From an uncultured Methanosarcinales archaeon (GTDB lineage Archaea > Nanobdellota > Nanobdellia > Woesearchaeales > CAYSVS01), in the NCBI GenBank assembly GCA_964589485.1, contig CAZPRK010000008.1:1-38299 (forward strand): 38,299 nt of DNA. Reading direction: 5' to 3'. Below are positions 10,817 to 20,336 of the stretch, piece by piece. How positions within the stretch are numbered: position 1 is the stretch's first letter; the number at the start of each line of letters is the position of its first letter. The position numbers and the translations under genes are program-made. The notes below the pieces were generated by a model. That model was not told where the DNA came from and ran no database searches. It saw nothing but the letters and a program-made list of their open reading frames with translations.

Positions 10817-11683
10817 TTGAAAACTTATTTAGATATTGTAAAAAAGGTTCTTAATGAAGGAAAAATACAGGCTACAAGACAAGGAATAGACGCTTATACT
10901 CTTCCTGCTGCTTATTTTGAACATGACATGGAAGATGGATATCCTTTATTAACTACAAAAAGTGTTCCTTTGAGGTTAGTTGCTTCAGAACTTGAATTTT
11001 TTATGAAAGGAATTACAGATAAAGAATGGCTTAAAGATAGAAATAATCATATTTGGGATGAATGGTGTAGCCCAGATAAGGTTCCTTATGCTCATGATGA
11101 AGAAACATATAAAAAAATGGCAGAAGAAAGAGAATTAGGTCCAATATATGGTTGGCAATGGAGAAATTATGGAGCAAAATATACTGAATATGATAAACCA
11201 CCTATTGGAAAAGGTGTTGACCAATTAAAAGAAATAATTAGACTAATAAAAGAAGATCCTCAAAGTAGAAGAATGATTTTATTGGCATGGAATCCTGTTG
11301 ATCTTCCAAGAATGGCATTGCCGCCTTGTCATTATTGTGTTCAATTTAATGTAGTTGATGGAAAGTTAAATTTAATGTGGAATCAAAGGAGTGTTGATGT
11401 TGCATTGGGTCTTCCATTTAATATTGCAAGTTATGCATTACTTCTTCACTTAATGGCAAAGGAAACTGGGTTAAAGGAAGGAAAGTTAATCGGGTTTTTA
11501 TCAAGTGTTCATATTTTTGTAAATCATGTTGAAGGTTTAAATGAACAATTATCTAGGGAACCTATGAAATTATCTGCTATTGTGACAAGTAACTTTACTT
11601 CAATATTTGATTGGAAATATGAAGATACTGAAGTATTAGAATATGAACATCATCCAAGAATTAAATTTGAGATTGCGATTTAA
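10817..11683 (+). CDS. thyA: thymidylate synthase (ThyA)
   Basis: PLLTTK, IWDEW, GPIYGWQWR, SRR, LPPCH (catalytic Cys), QRSVDVALGLPFN. TTG start after GGGG. Confidence 0.97.
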   Translation: MKTYLDIVKKVLNEGKIQATRQGIDAYTLPAAYFEHDMEDGYPLLTTKSVPLRLVASELEFFMKGITDKEWLKDRNNHIWDEWCSPDKVPYAHDEETYKKMAEERELGPIYGWQWRNYGAKYTEYDKPPIGKGVDQLKEIIRLIKEDPQSRRMILLAWNPVDLPRMALPPCHYCVQFNVVDGKLNLMWNQRSVDVALGLPFNIASYALLLHLMAKETGLKEGKLIGFLSSVHIFVNHVEGLNEQLSREPMKLSAIVTSNFTSIFDWKYEDTEVLEYEHHPRIKFEIAI

Positions 11684-11684
11684 A

Positions 11685-12146
11685 ATGGAAATAATAATGA
11701 TAGCTGCACTAACAAAAGATAGAGTTATTGGTAAGAATAATACTTTAATTTGGCATATTCCTGAAGATATGAAACTTTTTAAAAATTATACTCAAAATAA
11801 TACTGTTATTATGGGAAGAAAAACTTATGATTCTATGGGGAAGGCTTTGCCAAATAGAAATAATATTGTTTTAACTAAAAGTGATTTAAATTTAGAAGAT
11901 GCAGATGTGTGTCATTCAGTTGAAGAATCTTTAGAAAAAGCTAAATCTTATGGAAAAGATATTTTCGTAATTGGTGGTGGAAATATTTATTCTCAGTTTT
12001 TAGATAGATCTAATAAATTATATTTATCTTGGGTTAAACAAACTTATGATGGAGATGCTTACTTCCCAGAATTTAATCAAAATAATTGGAATATTGTTAG
12101 AAAAGAAGATTATGAACAATTTGAATTTATAGAATATGAAAGGTGA
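11685..12146 (+). CDS. folA: dihydrofolate reductase
   Basis: IAA...[40 protein letters not shown]. Start refined to ATG 11685. Confidence 0.96.
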   Translation: MEIIMIAALTKDRVIGKNNTLIWHIPEDMKLFKNYTQNNTVIMGRKTYDSMGKALPNRNNIVLTKSDLNLEDADVCHSVEESLEKAKSYGKDIFVIGGGNIYSQFLDRSNKLYLSWVKQTYDGDAYFPEFNQNNWNIVRKEDYEQFEFIEYER

Positions 12147-13423
12147 TTAAAATAGAACAATTAAAAAATCAAGATCCAGAAGTTTATAATGCAATTGAAG
12201 GTGAATTGAAAAGGGCAAGGCAAGGGATAGAATTAATTGCAAGTGAAAACTTTGTTTCTTTGGCTGTATTACAAACTGCAGGAACAGTATTAACTAATAA
12301 ATATAGTGAAGGTTATCCTAGTAAACGTTATTATGGTGGGAATGAATTTGTAGATGTAACTGAAAATTTAGCAATTGAAAGAGCTAAAAAGTTATTTGGA
12401 GCAGAACATGTTAATGTACAAAGTCATGCAGGAAGTCAAGCTAATATGGCCGCATACTTTGCAATTCTTAATCCAGGTGATACAATATTAGGAATGAATT
12501 TAGCGCATGGTGGACATTTAACTCATGGAAGTCCAGTAAATTTTTCAGGTAAATTGTATAACATTGTTCCGTATGGTGTTGAAAAAGATAGTGGGATTAT
12601 TGATATGGATGAAGTTGAAAAAATTGCTTTAGAACATAAACCAAAATTAATTCTGGCGGGCTTTAGCGCATATCCAAGAAAATTAGATTTTAAAAGATTT
12701 AGAGAAATTGCAGATAAAGTTGGAGCTTACTTAATGGCTGATATTGCACATGTTGCGGGTTTAATTGCGGCAAAAATATATCCTGATCCAGTTCCTTATT
12801 GTGATATTGTTACAACAACAACTCATAAAACTTTACGAGGACCAAGAGGAGCAATAATCATGTGTAAGGAAGAAGATAGATTAAATCCAGATGATAAAAA
12901 AAATTTAGCTAGAAAAATTGATAGCGCAGTTTTTCCTGGGATGCAAGGTGGACCATTAGATCATATTATTGCAGCTAAAGCTGTTGCTTTTAAGGAGGCA
13001 TTACAACCTGAATTTGTTGAATACCAAAAACAAGTAGTAAAAAATGCTCAAGTATTGGCTGAAACATTGCAAGACAATAATATTAGAGTTGTAAGCGATG
13101 GAACTGATAATCATTTAATATTAATTGATCTTACAAATTTAGCATGTACTGGAAAGGAAGCTGAACTTGCTTTAGATAATGCTAACATATACACTAATAA
13201 AAACATGATTCCTTTTGATCCTGCTACTCCTTTTAATCCTTCCGGGATTAGGTTAGGAACGCCAGCATTAACAACAAGGGGAATGAAAGAAGAAGAAATG
13301 AGGTTAATTGGAACATGGATTTCAGATGTATTAAAGAATTTTGATAATGTAGATGTTATTACTAATATACAAAAAGAAGTCTTAGAATTATGTGAAAAAT
13401 TTCCACTTTACTCTGAGTTATAA
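12143..13423 (+). CDS. glyA: serine hydroxymethyltransferase (bacterial/THF type)
   Basis: [34 protein letters not shown] (PLP Lys), SGIRLGTPA. Confidence 0.97.
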   Translation: MIKIEQLKNQDPEVYNAIEGELKRARQGIELIASENFVSLAVLQTAGTVLTNKYSEGYPSKRYYGGNEFVDVTENLAIERAKKLFGAEHVNVQSHAGSQANMAAYFAILNPGDTILGMNLAHGGHLTHGSPVNFSGKLYNIVPYGVEKDSGIIDMDEVEKIALEHKPKLILAGFSAYPRKLDFKRFREIADKVGAYLMADIAHVAGLIAAKIYPDPVPYCDIVTTTTHKTLRGPRGAIIMCKEEDRLNPDDKKNLARKIDSAVFPGMQGGPLDHIIAAKAVAFKEALQPEFVEYQKQVVKNAQVLAETLQDNNIRVVSDGTDNHLILIDLTNLACTGKEAELALDNANIYTNKNMIPFDPATPFNPSGIRLGTPALTTRGMKEEEMRLIGTWISDVLKNFDNVDVITNIQKEVLELCEKFPLYSEL

Positions 13424-13894
13424 TTTTATTACTTTTTTATTACTTTCAATATCATTTAACATTTGTTGTTGAGTTTTTTTAGTTACTGGGTGTATAAATT
13501 CAGAATCAATTTCTGTCATTGCAGTAAGAATATATTTTCTTTGATGTGCAACAAAATGTGGGATTATTACGGGAGGTTGTTCTATTGTTTTATCTCCATA
13601 ATATAATAAATCTAAATCAATTATTTTATCGTCATCTCTTTCAAAGTTAATTCTTCCACCTTGATATTCTATTTTTTTTACAGTTTCAAAAGTTTCTTTT
13701 GCAGTCATATCTGTTTCTACTTTTACTACTCCATTAAGAAAATTATTTGTTTGATTATTGTAAACAGGTTCACAATCGTAAAATGAAGAAATATCTATAA
13801 TTGTAAAATTATTTTTTATTAGAGTTAACACTTTCGCTATATTTCTAGATCTATCTCCTCTATTTGATCCAAATGAAATATAACAAATAACCAT
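13418..13894 (-). CDS. folK: HPPK (2-amino-4-hydroxy-6-hydroxymethyldihydropteridine pyrophosphokinase), divergent
   Basis: YISFGSN.G, SSFY..EP, FLNGV, IE...GR, IDLDLL, IPH....R. Confidence 0.85.
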   Translation of the reverse strand: MVICYISFGSNRGDRSRNIAKVLTLIKNNFTIIDISSFYDCEPVYNNQTNNFLNGVVKVETDMTAKETFETVKKIEYQGGRINFERDDDKIIDLDLLYYGDKTIEQPPVIIPHFVAHQRKYILTAMTEIDSEFIHPVTKKTQQQMLNDIESNKKVIKL

Positions 13895-13929
13895 TAGAAT
13901 AGTTTAATTTAGTCTTATTTAAATGTTAT

Positions 13930-14553
13930 CTAATACTCAATTCCTCTTCTTGCCATTACCCCATCATCAAAATAATGTTTAATTTGTTTCATTTCTGTAA
14001 CTAAATCAGCTAGTTTGATCATTTCAATATGAGCATTTCTACCTGTTATTATTAATTCAGTTGCTGGGTTTTTTGCTTTAACTACTTCTAATGCTTGCTG
14101 TATTTCTAACATTTTGAAACTAACTGCACAATTTAATTCATCTAGAACAACCATGTCATAATCTCCGCTAGAAACTACTTTCTTGGCATGGGCAACTGCA
14201 TCTTGAACAAAAACTTTATGTTCTTCATCGTTGGCAAAGCAATGTCGACATTCACCGCATTCAATATTTTCTCTATGCCATGTTTCGGGTTTTTCTTCAA
14301 ATTTACTGAAATCCATTAATTTTAATTGAGTGTTATCTTTAATACATCCTTTTCCAAATTGTACTATGTCTGCATTTGGAAGAAATTGTTTTATGCTAAT
14401 TAATTCTCCAGTATAAGATCCACCTTTCATGAATTGGATAATATAAACTTTAAAACCTTGACCAACTGCTCTCATAGCAAGCCCCATTGCAGCTGAAGTT
14501 TTACCTTTACCATGACCTGTGTAAACTTGAATAAGTCCTAGTTTTTTGGTCAT
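13930..14553 (-). CDS. btuR: BtuR/CobO-type ATP:cob(I)alamin adenosyltransferase with Cys-rich insert
   Basis: GLIQVYTGHGKGKTSAAMG, IQFMKG, VVLDE, ITGR.A, ADLVTEM..IKHYF..G..ARRGIEY. Confidence 0.93.
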   Translation of the reverse strand: MTKKLGLIQVYTGHGKGKTSAAMGLAMRAVGQGFKVYIIQFMKGGSYTGELISIKQFLPNADIVQFGKGCIKDNTQLKLMDFSKFEEKPETWHRENIECGECRHCFANDEEHKVFVQDAVAHAKKVVSSGDYDMVVLDELNCAVSFKMLEIQQALEVVKAKNPATELIITGRNAHIEMIKLADLVTEMKQIKHYFDDGVMARRGIEY

Positions 14554-17213
14554 TAGTATTCACATTTACTGAATCCGCATTCAACATTAACGCAAGCAAA
14601 ACATCCATTGTCAACTTTTAGTGTTGGTTTTTCACATGATGGACATTTTCTTAAGTTTTCATCAATAGCTTCTTCTTCTTGTTTTTCTGGTTCTTTTTCT
14701 TGCTTTATTTCGCTAAGGATTTCTTTTATTGGTGTACCATTATAGCTTAATGTTTCAAGCGCAATGTTTTCTTTAAGTGAATGGTAAACTGTAGATAATT
14801 TTCCATCTGGTTTTTCTACAATACTTGATCCATTTAAACTATGTATTTGATCATTTTCTAATTTAATGTTAAAAGTTTGTCCTTGCATTCTTTGAAATTC
14901 TGATTCTTTTCCTGAAACACTTAATATAGCATACCTTGATCCGTCTCTATATATAGTAACTCCTTTAAGTTTATTTTTCCATGCTAAAAAATAAATGTCT
15001 GAAATTATTTCAGGATGAATGTCTTCGGGTAAATTACAAGTACTTGAAATACTATGATCTATATATTGTTGACAAATTCCTTGTATTTTAACTCTCATTT
15101 CAGGTGTAACGTGATGTGCAGTTCTAAAGAAATAATCGGGTAAAATTCCTCTTAAATCTTCTTCTTCACTTACTGTTGCAATTTCATCTTTAATGTTTTT
15201 TACATCAATGTAAGCTTGGATTGTTCCATGGAATACTTTAAAAAAATGTTCACCAACAGTTTCGGTTCTTCTAGTGTAAAATAATGCAAATATTGGTTCT
15301 ATTCCAGAACTTACTCCTATGTAATGCTTATTATCTTTCTTAAATCCAAGTACGACATTAGATATGCTTCCAGTAGGCGCAATAGATAAAATTGCTACAT
15401 TTCTTATACCATTTGCTTTAATTTTTTCTTGTACGTCAGGAGATAACATTTCTTTGAAATAAGCTCCTTTAATGTAATCTTCAGTGTTCCATGCTTCAGG
15501 TGTACCTTTTTCACTTGCTAAATTTGCACTTTCATCGTAAGCACTATCTGAAATTTGTTTAGCAACTTTTTCCATAATTTCAATACCCTTATCACTATCG
15601 TACCCTAGCCCTAATTGGTTAAGCATGTCTGCAATTCCGATGTATCCTAAGCCTATTCTTCTTGTTGTTTTTGCAGAATTTCTTTGTTTTTCTAAAGGGT
15701 TTAAGTACGTATTCCACGTAATAACATTATCTAAAAATCTAGTTATTAATCTAGTAACTCTATCAATTTCGCTATAATCTATTTCAGCGTTTTCTTCATA
15801 TCCTTTTTTAACAACTCTTGATAGGTTTAAAGATGTTAAATTACAAGCTCCTCCATCTTCTAATGGAACTTCTCCGCATGGGTTAGTTGAAGCAATAGGT
15901 CTTCCAACATAATTAGATGGACTATATTTTGCCATTGTACTCCAAAAAATTAACCCTGGCTCGGCAGTTTCATAATTACTTTGAATGAATCTATGCCAAA
16001 TTTTGTCTGCTTTAACTAAATTTTTAATTTCACCGGCTTGTTCGGATGCAAAATATAACATAAAATCTCCGCTGAATTTAATTGCTATTTTTCTGTTATC
16101 TTTTTCTATAAGAAAGTCACCGTATTTATCTCTTTTATTTACATCATTTAAATCTTCTTTAGTTAAATTAACATTTAAGACTGAATTCAATTCTTCAATA
16201 GATTCAAAATTATGTGCCAGTTTATAATTTTCAATTTTTTTAGATGGAATTTCAAAAGAATAATGCCCTAAGTTATTTTCTTCAAAGTCAGTTTTATCAT
16301 AAACCAATATTTTTTCTTTTCCAAATTGCCTTGTTTCATCTACTGCTTGCATAAATTCATCATTTACTTTTAATGATATGTTTGCAAACCTTACTTGTGT
16401 ATTTTCTCTAACTTTTTGTCTTATTTGGTTAACTTGAAGTTCATCAAAATTTCCGCTCCATTTACATTGATCTGCAATATGTTTTGTTACCCAATTATCT
16501 TCTCTTTTAACATTTGTGAATTTAAATACATCTGGATGTTTAATGTCTAATGTAAGCATTAAAGCTCCTCTTCTTCCGCTTTGCCCAATTAATCCAGTAG
16601 TCATAGAATATAGTTCCATAAATGATACTGCTCCTGTGCTGGCATCTGCTGCATTATGCACAACGCTTCCCTGAGGTCTTAGGTTTGAAATATCAACTCC
16701 GATCCCGCCACCATATGAATAAGTTCTTGCACATTCTTTTGCAGCATTAAAAATACTTTCAATGCTATCATCTTCAATTAAACTTACAAAACAATTAGAT
16801 AAGGTTTTTACTCTGAATAAATCCCCTGCCCCTGCAATAACTCTTCCTCCAGGTATAAATAACCCTTCAAATAGTCCGTTGTAGAATTTAATTGCAAATT
16901 CCTCTCTTTTTTCTTTAGAAGTTTCTGCAGCAGCTACAAATGCAGCAACTCTAGCAAAAGTTTGTTCTGGCTTAGTTTCAATTAACTTAATATCTAGGTC
17001 TTTTAGAAAATATTTTTTCTGATAAATATTGGTAGCAAGTTCATTGCTATCAAGATAATCTTCATGAGTGGGAATTTCCTTTGATTTTTGTTTTTCAATC
17101 AAAAAAGTTAATAATTCTTTATAATTATTAATCATTTCTTTTGGAGCAACTTTACTTATTTTACTATCGTGTTCAAACATTGACTTTATTTTTTCTTCAT
17201 ACATATTTTCCAT
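14553..17213 (-). CDS. nrdJ: class II (adenosylcobalamin-dependent) ribonucleotide reductase
   Basis: PGGR, LSNCFV, GGGIG, RRGALM, EPG, TNPCGEVPL, CNL, RRIGLG, IAPTGSIS, DHSISSTCN, KGVTIYRDGSR and a C-terminal CPSC..C..C...C....C ribbon. Coupled to the adenosyltransferase gene; no nrdB in the window. Start refined to MENM after AGGTGA. Confidence 0.93.
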   Translation of the reverse strand: MENMYEEKIKSMFEHDSKISKVAPKEMINNYKELLTFLIEKQKSKEIPTHEDYLDSNELATNIYQKKYFLKDLDIKLIETKPEQTFARVAAFVAAAETSKEKREEFAIKFYNGLFEGLFIPGGRVIAGAGDLFRVKTLSNCFVSLIEDDSIESIFNAAKECARTYSYGGGIGVDISNLRPQGSVVHNAADASTGAVSFMELYSMTTGLIGQSGRRGALMLTLDIKHPDVFKFTNVKREDNWVTKHIADQCKWSGNFDELQVNQIRQKVRENTQVRFANISLKVNDEFMQAVDETRQFGKEKILVYDKTDFEENNLGHYSFEIPSKKIENYKLAHNFESIEELNSVLNVNLTKEDLNDVNKRDKYGDFLIEKDNRKIAIKFSGDFMLYFASEQAGEIKNLVKADKIWHRFIQSNYETAEPGLIFWSTMAKYSPSNYVGRPIASTNPCGEVPLEDGGACNLTSLNLSRVVKKGYEENAEIDYSEIDRVTRLITRFLDNVITWNTYLNPLEKQRNSAKTTRRIGLGYIGIADMLNQLGLGYDSDKGIEIMEKVAKQISDSAYDESANLASEKGTPEAWNTEDYIKGAYFKEMLSPDVQEKIKANGIRNVAILSIAPTGSISNVVLGFKKDNKHYIGVSSGIEPIFALFYTRRTETVGEHFFKVFHGTIQAYIDVKNIKDEIATVSEEEDLRGILPDYFFRTAHHVTPEMRVKIQGICQQYIDHSISSTCNLPEDIHPEIISDIYFLAWKNKLKGVTIYRDGSRYAILSVSGKESEFQRMQGQTFNIKLENDQIHSLNGSSIVEKPDGKLSTVYHSLKENIALETLSYNGTPIKEILSEIKQEKEPEKQEEEAIDENLRKCPSCEKPTLKVDNGCFACVNVECGFSKCEY

Positions 17214-17237
17214 AATATCACCTACTTTAAAATGAAA

Positions 17238-17284
17238 ACACAACATATTGTGATTTTCTTGAAATAAAACACAATATAAATTTT
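17238..17284. promoter_or_regulatory. tandem NrdR-box-like operators upstream of nrdJ
   Basis: ACACAACATATTGTGA (17238-17253) and ACACAATATAAATTTT (17269-17284) versus consensus acaCwAtATaTwGtgt; starts 31 bp apart. Confidence 0.7.
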
Positions 17285-17321
17285 AGGAATTTTTCCTTTT
17301 TAAATTTGTTGATTTTAGAAA

Positions 17322-18449
17322 TTATAGTTTCAAGTACTTAATATATTTAGTATATATTTCTTTCCGTGAATCACTTACAATAAAACAACTTCCCGTTATT
17401 AAACATTGTTGATTTAAATCATTGGCATATTTAATTGCTTTATTTACATTATTGAAAACAATGCATTTATCAAATTCTTTGGCAATTATTTCGGGATTTA
17501 AAGATCTTGAATTGTTAGCTTTTGTTATTATTATGTTTTCGACTTTTGGTAAATGCTTAATCATTTCTTTGTAATTTTTATCTTTCATACATCCAAAAAT
17601 TATAGTATTTGCTTTAACATTTTTTAAGGTTTTGATGGCTGCTTCATTATGCGCGCAATCTAGGATAAAATTACCAATTTTTTCTTGTCTTCCTGGAAAT
17701 TTTAAATGTTTTAAAGGAAAGTCTATATCTTGTTTTTTTATTTCAGGTAAGATTTCTTTCACTGTTGTAATTGCTATTTTTGCATTTTTTATTTGATGTT
17801 CGCCTTCTAAATTTAATTTAATATTAAGGTTTGTGTCATCATTAACGCAAACTAATATATTTCCAATATTGAAAATATCTTTTAATTTGTTATCTCCTCC
17901 ATATATAACAATAGACTTTGGTTTAATAATTCCGGCTTTTTCTTTTGCTATTTCTTCGATAGTATTTCCCAAAAATTCAGTATGTTCTAATGAAATGTTT
18001 GTTATTACGCAATAATCTGCATTAACTATATTGGTAGCATCTAACCTTCCGCCTAGTCCAGTTTCCCATACAACATAATCAACATTATTTTCATAGAAAT
18101 ATTGTAAAGCCATTGCAGTTGTAAATTCAAAGAACGATAAATTAACGTTCTTTTCTTTAATTAAATTAATTAATCTATCGACATCTTTATTGGAAATCCA
18201 TTTATCGTTAATAGTGATTCTTTCATTAAAATCTATTATATGGGGTGAATTATATCTTCCAACTTTATAGCCAGTTTGAGTTAATATTGTTTGTATCATT
18301 AAAGAAGTTGAACCTTTTCCATTAGTTCCTGCGATGTGTATGAAATTAAGTTTATTTTGAGGGTTATCTAGTTTTTCACAAATTTCTTTCATGGCATCTA
18401 GATTTAATTTGTCAGCCATTGGTTTAAGAGAGTAAAGCCATTGTTTCAT
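17322..18449 (-). CDS. folC: folylpolyglutamate synthase/dihydrofolate synthase
   Basis: IHIAGTNGKGST, YNSPH..DFNERI, ETGLGGRLDATN, ISLEHT..LG, EKAGI, PGRQE, LDCAHN, ITGS. Confidence 0.95.
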   Translation of the reverse strand: MKQWLYSLKPMADKLNLDAMKEICEKLDNPQNKLNFIHIAGTNGKGSTSLMIQTILTQTGYKVGRYNSPHIIDFNERITINDKWISNKDVDRLINLIKEKNVNLSFFEFTTAMALQYFYENNVDYVVWETGLGGRLDATNIVNADYCVITNISLEHTEFLGNTIEEIAKEKAGIIKPKSIVIYGGDNKLKDIFNIGNILVCVNDDTNLNIKLNLEGEHQIKNAKIAITTVKEILPEIKKQDIDFPLKHLKFPGRQEKIGNFILDCAHNEAAIKTLKNVKANTIIFGCMKDKNYKEMIKHLPKVENIIITKANNSRSLNPEIIAKEFDKCIVFNNVNKAIKYANDLNQQCLITGSCFIVSDSRKEIYTKYIKYLKL

Positions 18450-18502
18450 TAACTTTGGTTCCTACACAACCTTTATAAACATATATCTTTCAAAAGCTAT
18501 AT

Positions 18503-19648
18503 ATGAACATAGAAGTAATAGATCACGATAATATACAGAATAAAGATGTACTTAAATTAATCTACACCAAAAAAGATCTTCCTAAAACTCAATTATTTGG
18601 TTCTAATGATGTAATTATTGGTAATCAACTTTCTAATATTGCTGTTATTTTTATTTATTCTTGGAAAAGTAATATCCCTTCAAAGGAAATTAAAGAATTT
18701 TTTCAAAAAGTTTCTAATTATGCGGCAATTACTGGTTTTTGGCGAACTACTAATGGAGGAAAGTATGCTTTTGCAAACTTATTAGCCAATCCTAATATTA
18801 ATAAATTAGTTGCTGTTTGTTTTGATGAAGATAATAGTCATTATTTATTAGATTCTTTAAGATGTCTATGGAAACATGGAACTGATAAAAAAGGTGTGAT
18901 TAAAAAAAGTAAAGCATCAAATCCTAAGTTTGAACAAGTTCCAGTTGAAGCTTTACAAAGAGCTACTAAACAAATGGATTTAGTAATTTTAACTAATGCT
19001 GAAAAAAATAAAGTAGAAAATACTATTAGAGCTTGTTATCAAGAACCAAAAAATGCGGTTAACATTCCAAAATATGCTGAATTTTATTCAAAATTAAATT
19101 TAACTAAGTTATATGATGATGGTGCAAGATTTAAAGAACCTTATGTTGTAGATTTAAGTAAGGGTAGTATGAAATTTTTGGATATTAAATATTCTTTAGA
19201 TCCTTCTATTGGTTTTTCATTATATTCTGAAACTGAAAAAGAAGCTTTAGATCAAATGATTTCTTATATGTTTGACCATGGTTATTGTGTTAAGGAAACA
19301 AAGAAAATTAAAGAAATGGAATGTCGAAACTTAAGTATTACAATCTCTAACTCTAAAAATGAAACTTCTAAGGTTGATGTTAGTCAACTTATGATTGAAC
19401 TTAAAAAAAATAAATCTGCTAAATTTAATAATCTTAATTTTTTTATAAGGAATAATAAACTAGAATGTTACGCTTTATTTGATAATTATCTGTTAGCAGA
19501 AGTAAGTAAAGATATAAAATCTAATTTATTGAATGAAATTAAAAAAATATCTAGAATACATACAAGTTTAGCTAAGTCTTTGAAAATAAACAAAAGTATA
19601 TTGTCTCTTAATTTTTTAACAGCTAACATTATTTTTGATAAGGTTTAA
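18503..19648 (+). CDS. MtrA-like (corrinoid-binding) domain fused to a degenerate thymidylate-synthase-like domain
   Basis: N-half DVIIGN..SNIAV, AAITG..RTTNGG...ANLLANPNI..L, SHY, L..LWKHG.D..G.I, P..EQVP.EA..R..KQ.DLV follows the MtrA pattern. The C-half resembles an archaeal ThyA scaffold lacking PC and RSxD. Confidence 0.7.
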   Translation: MNIEVIDHDNIQNKDVLKLIYTKKDLPKTQLFGSNDVIIGNQLSNIAVIFIYSWKSNIPSKEIKEFFQKVSNYAAITGFWRTTNGGKYAFANLLANPNINKLVAVCFDEDNSHYLLDSLRCLWKHGTDKKGVIKKSKASNPKFEQVPVEALQRATKQMDLVILTNAEKNKVENTIRACYQEPKNAVNIPKYAEFYSKLNLTKLYDDGARFKEPYVVDLSKGSMKFLDIKYSLDPSIGFSLYSETEKEALDQMISYMFDHGYCVKETKKIKEMECRNLSITISNSKNETSKVDVSQLMIELKKNKSAKFNNLNFFIRNNKLECYALFDNYLLAEVSKDIKSNLLNEIKKISRIHTSLAKSLKINKSILSLNFLTANIIFDKV

Positions 19649-19673
19649 ATAACTCTTAATTTTTCACATTTTT

Positions 19674-20336
19674 ATGCAAGGTAAGTTAATAGTTATAGAA
19701 GGAACTGATGGAAGTGGGAAAGGAACTCAAACTAAGTTATTGTTTGAAAAGTTAAGTAAAGATCATAATGTTGAAATGATTGAATTTCCACGTTATGGTG
19801 AAAGAAGTGCTATGTTAGTTGAAGATTACCTAACTGGTAAGTTTGGTTCTGCTGAAGAAGTAACTGCTTATCAAAGTTCAGTTTTTTATGCCGTTGATAG
19901 ATTTGATGCAAGTTTTAAAATAAAAGAATGGTTAGCTCAAGGTAAAATTGTATTATGTAATAGATATGTTTCTGCTAGTATGGGTCATCAAGCTGGAAAA
20001 ATTAAGGATAAAGAAGAAAGACAAAAATTTATTGAATGGCTTGAAGGTTTAGAGTATAATATTTTTAACCTTCCTAAACCTGATGTAACTATTTTATTAA
20101 ATATGCCTCCTGCAATGGGTCAGAAGTTAGTTGATAAGAAAGGTCATAGGGATTATACTGAAGGAAGAGATATTCATGAAGCTGATTTCAGTCATTTGAA
20201 AAACGCTTACAATGCATTTTTAGAAGTTGGTAAAGAAAAAAATTGGATTAAGATTGATTGTGCACCAAATGATGAATTAAGAACAATTGAAGATATTAAT
20301 GAAGAATTGTTATCTAAACTTCAACCTTTAATTTAG
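19674..20336 (+). CDS. tmk: thymidylate kinase
   Basis: VIEGTDGSGKGTQ, EFPRY, YAVDRF, NRYVSAS, LPKPD. TTTAAATA promoter candidate at ~19644. Confidence 0.93.
   Translation: MQGKLIVIEGTDGSGKGTQTKLLFEKLSKDHNVEMIEFPRYGERSAMLVEDYLTGKFGSAEEVTAYQSSVFYAVDRFDASFKIKEWLAQGKIVLCNRYVSASMGHQAGKIKDKEERQKFIEWLEGLEYNIFNLPKPDVTILLNMPPAMGQKLVDKKGHRDYTEGRDIHEADFSHLKNAYNAFLEVGKEKNWIKIDCAPNDELRTIEDINEELLSKLQPLI

Noticed and set aside
16030..16340. ~90-aa insertion in NrdJ considered as an intein
   Set aside because: It has no N-terminal C/S block, no C-terminal HN-C/S/T junction and no LAGLIDADG motif, so it looks like an ordinary lineage-specific insert.
18503..19648. MtrA-like gene as evidence of methanogenesis
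   Set aside because: It has no membrane anchor, no other mtr or mcr genes are in the window, and the context is nucleotide metabolism.
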